This document shows positions 62,750-64,000 of a stretch of 64,000 nt of DNA, one piece after another. Source of the stretch: Mobula hypostoma. Its lineage: Eukaryota. The translations under genes and the position numbers were made by a program. How positions within the stretch are numbered: the stretch's first letter is position 1; the number at the start of each line of letters is the position of its first letter. The notes below the pieces were generated by a model. That model did not search any database and was not told where the DNA came from. It saw only the letters and a program-made list of their open reading frames with translations. The stretch lies in assembly GCF_963921235.1 (NCBI RefSeq), contig NC_086098.1:237956001-238020000 (forward strand). The letters are read 5' to 3'.

Positions 62750-63430
62750 TCCCACTTTCATCGAAGGTTACAAAGCTTTGACATGATATCTAAAACTCTT
62801 ACAAACTTCTATAGATGCACGATTGATCTACATTGACGGCTTGTATCGCTCCCTGCTATGGTAACACCAGTACACTTGAATGGAAAGACCTACAAAAAGT
62901 AGTGGATAAAGCCGAGTTCATCACACGTATAGCCCTCCCCACAATTAAGCACACCTCAAGCGGAGCAGTCGCATGAAAGCAGCAACCATCATCAAGGACC
63001 CCGCTCCCCCACGAACCCCACTATGCAAGCCTAATCTCTTCACGTTGCTGCCATAAGAAGAATGTACATGAGCCCAAGGTCTCACAACACGATGAACAGT
63101 TGTGGAACAGTTATCACCCTCTATTATCATATTCTTGAATCAGAGAGATCAACTTCACTCAACTTCATTCACAACAACAAGGAAATGATTCCACCACCTA
63201 TGGACACTTTCAAGAGCTCTTTAACTCATGTTCTTAATCTTTATTGCTATTTTATTTGTTATTATTTTCGGTATTTGCACATTGGTTCATTGTCCCTCTT
63301 TATTGCCTGCCGTTGTTCATTGATTCATTTGTGCTTCTTTTTATTTACTCTGAATGTCCACAAGAATATGAATCTCGTAGGAGTATATGATGACATGTAT
63401 GAACTTCGATGCCAATTTTACTTTTTCCTT
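62750..63430 (+). mobile_element. Rex1/Babar 3' fragment (paralog of 23740-24430)
   Basis: Collinear match to 23740-24430. Confidence 0.65.
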
Positions 63431-64000
63431 AGAGGCTGAGAAGGAGACGTCAAGCTCTCTGAAGTTTAGTGAAATGAGAGGCAATCATATTACACGTTAC
63501 TGAATTGAAAGCAAAAGGGATGCAAAGTCTGCCTCCTCTGTTGAGTTGGGGGTGGTGGTGTGGGGGTTCAGCGATGGTGGACAGGATGAGAAATGTGATA
63601 TCACCCAGTTCAGTCGGGAACTGACAGCTGATGAAGTTCACTCTCTAATAGCCTCGCCAGATTCCAGGCTAGAATTGATCTATATATGGACATAACGTGA
63701 TTCTGCATCATGCATTTTGCCACTGGCGTCCTTCGCTCTCTCTGTTCTACATCACTCCCCAGGTTCTTCCAAATTAGGTGGAAGTTATTGCAGCTTATCA
63801 TCCCAGAGTGCAAGATGCCAAGCATGCCAGCTACTTTTGCATCCAAATGGTTATTATAGCCGGGCAATCGTAGAGTCAGCACATGTCGCTGTTTTACACC
63901 ATTGGTAGCAGTCCTCCAGTGTGTAAAAATTGCTTCACCACCGCTCTCAATCCAATGCCACGCAAACATTTTTTGGGTAATTGGCTCGCTCATCCTGTGC

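Larger units (their letters stand above)
37941..64000. repeat. Unit B of the tandem duplication (truncated by window end) carrying IgL cluster 2
   Basis: Same order of Rex1, CR1, C, VJ, leader, CR1 with solo LTR, and Rex1 as 1-25002. The offset drifts from 37940 to ~35760 to ~39000 because of unit-specific indels. Confidence 0.93.

Overview
Vertebrate genomic DNA from a cartilaginous fish, probably a ray or skate (inferred from the Ig isotype and repeat families). It contains two complete immunoglobulin light-chain clusters on the minus strand, each with a leader exon, a V exon already fused in frame to J with no intervening RSS, and a C exon. Cluster 1 spans 8795-11235 and cluster 2 spans 44457-46992. 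From recalled family sequences they best resemble the sigma-cart (type I / NS5) isotype. Each cluster sits in one copy of a ~38-kb tandem unit: 1-25002 aligns collinearly with 37941-64000. The two V exons differ almost only by synonymous changes in FR1/FR3 and almost only by replacements in CDR2/CDR3. The rest is mostly decayed CR1 and Rex1/Babar LINEs, Penelope-like elements whose pseudo-LTRs carry hammerhead ribozyme motifs (one intact), solo LTRs, a Tc1 remnant, mini/microsatellites and one assembly gap. All alignments and counts were done by eye; transposon boundaries are approximate unless a TSD or terminus is cited.
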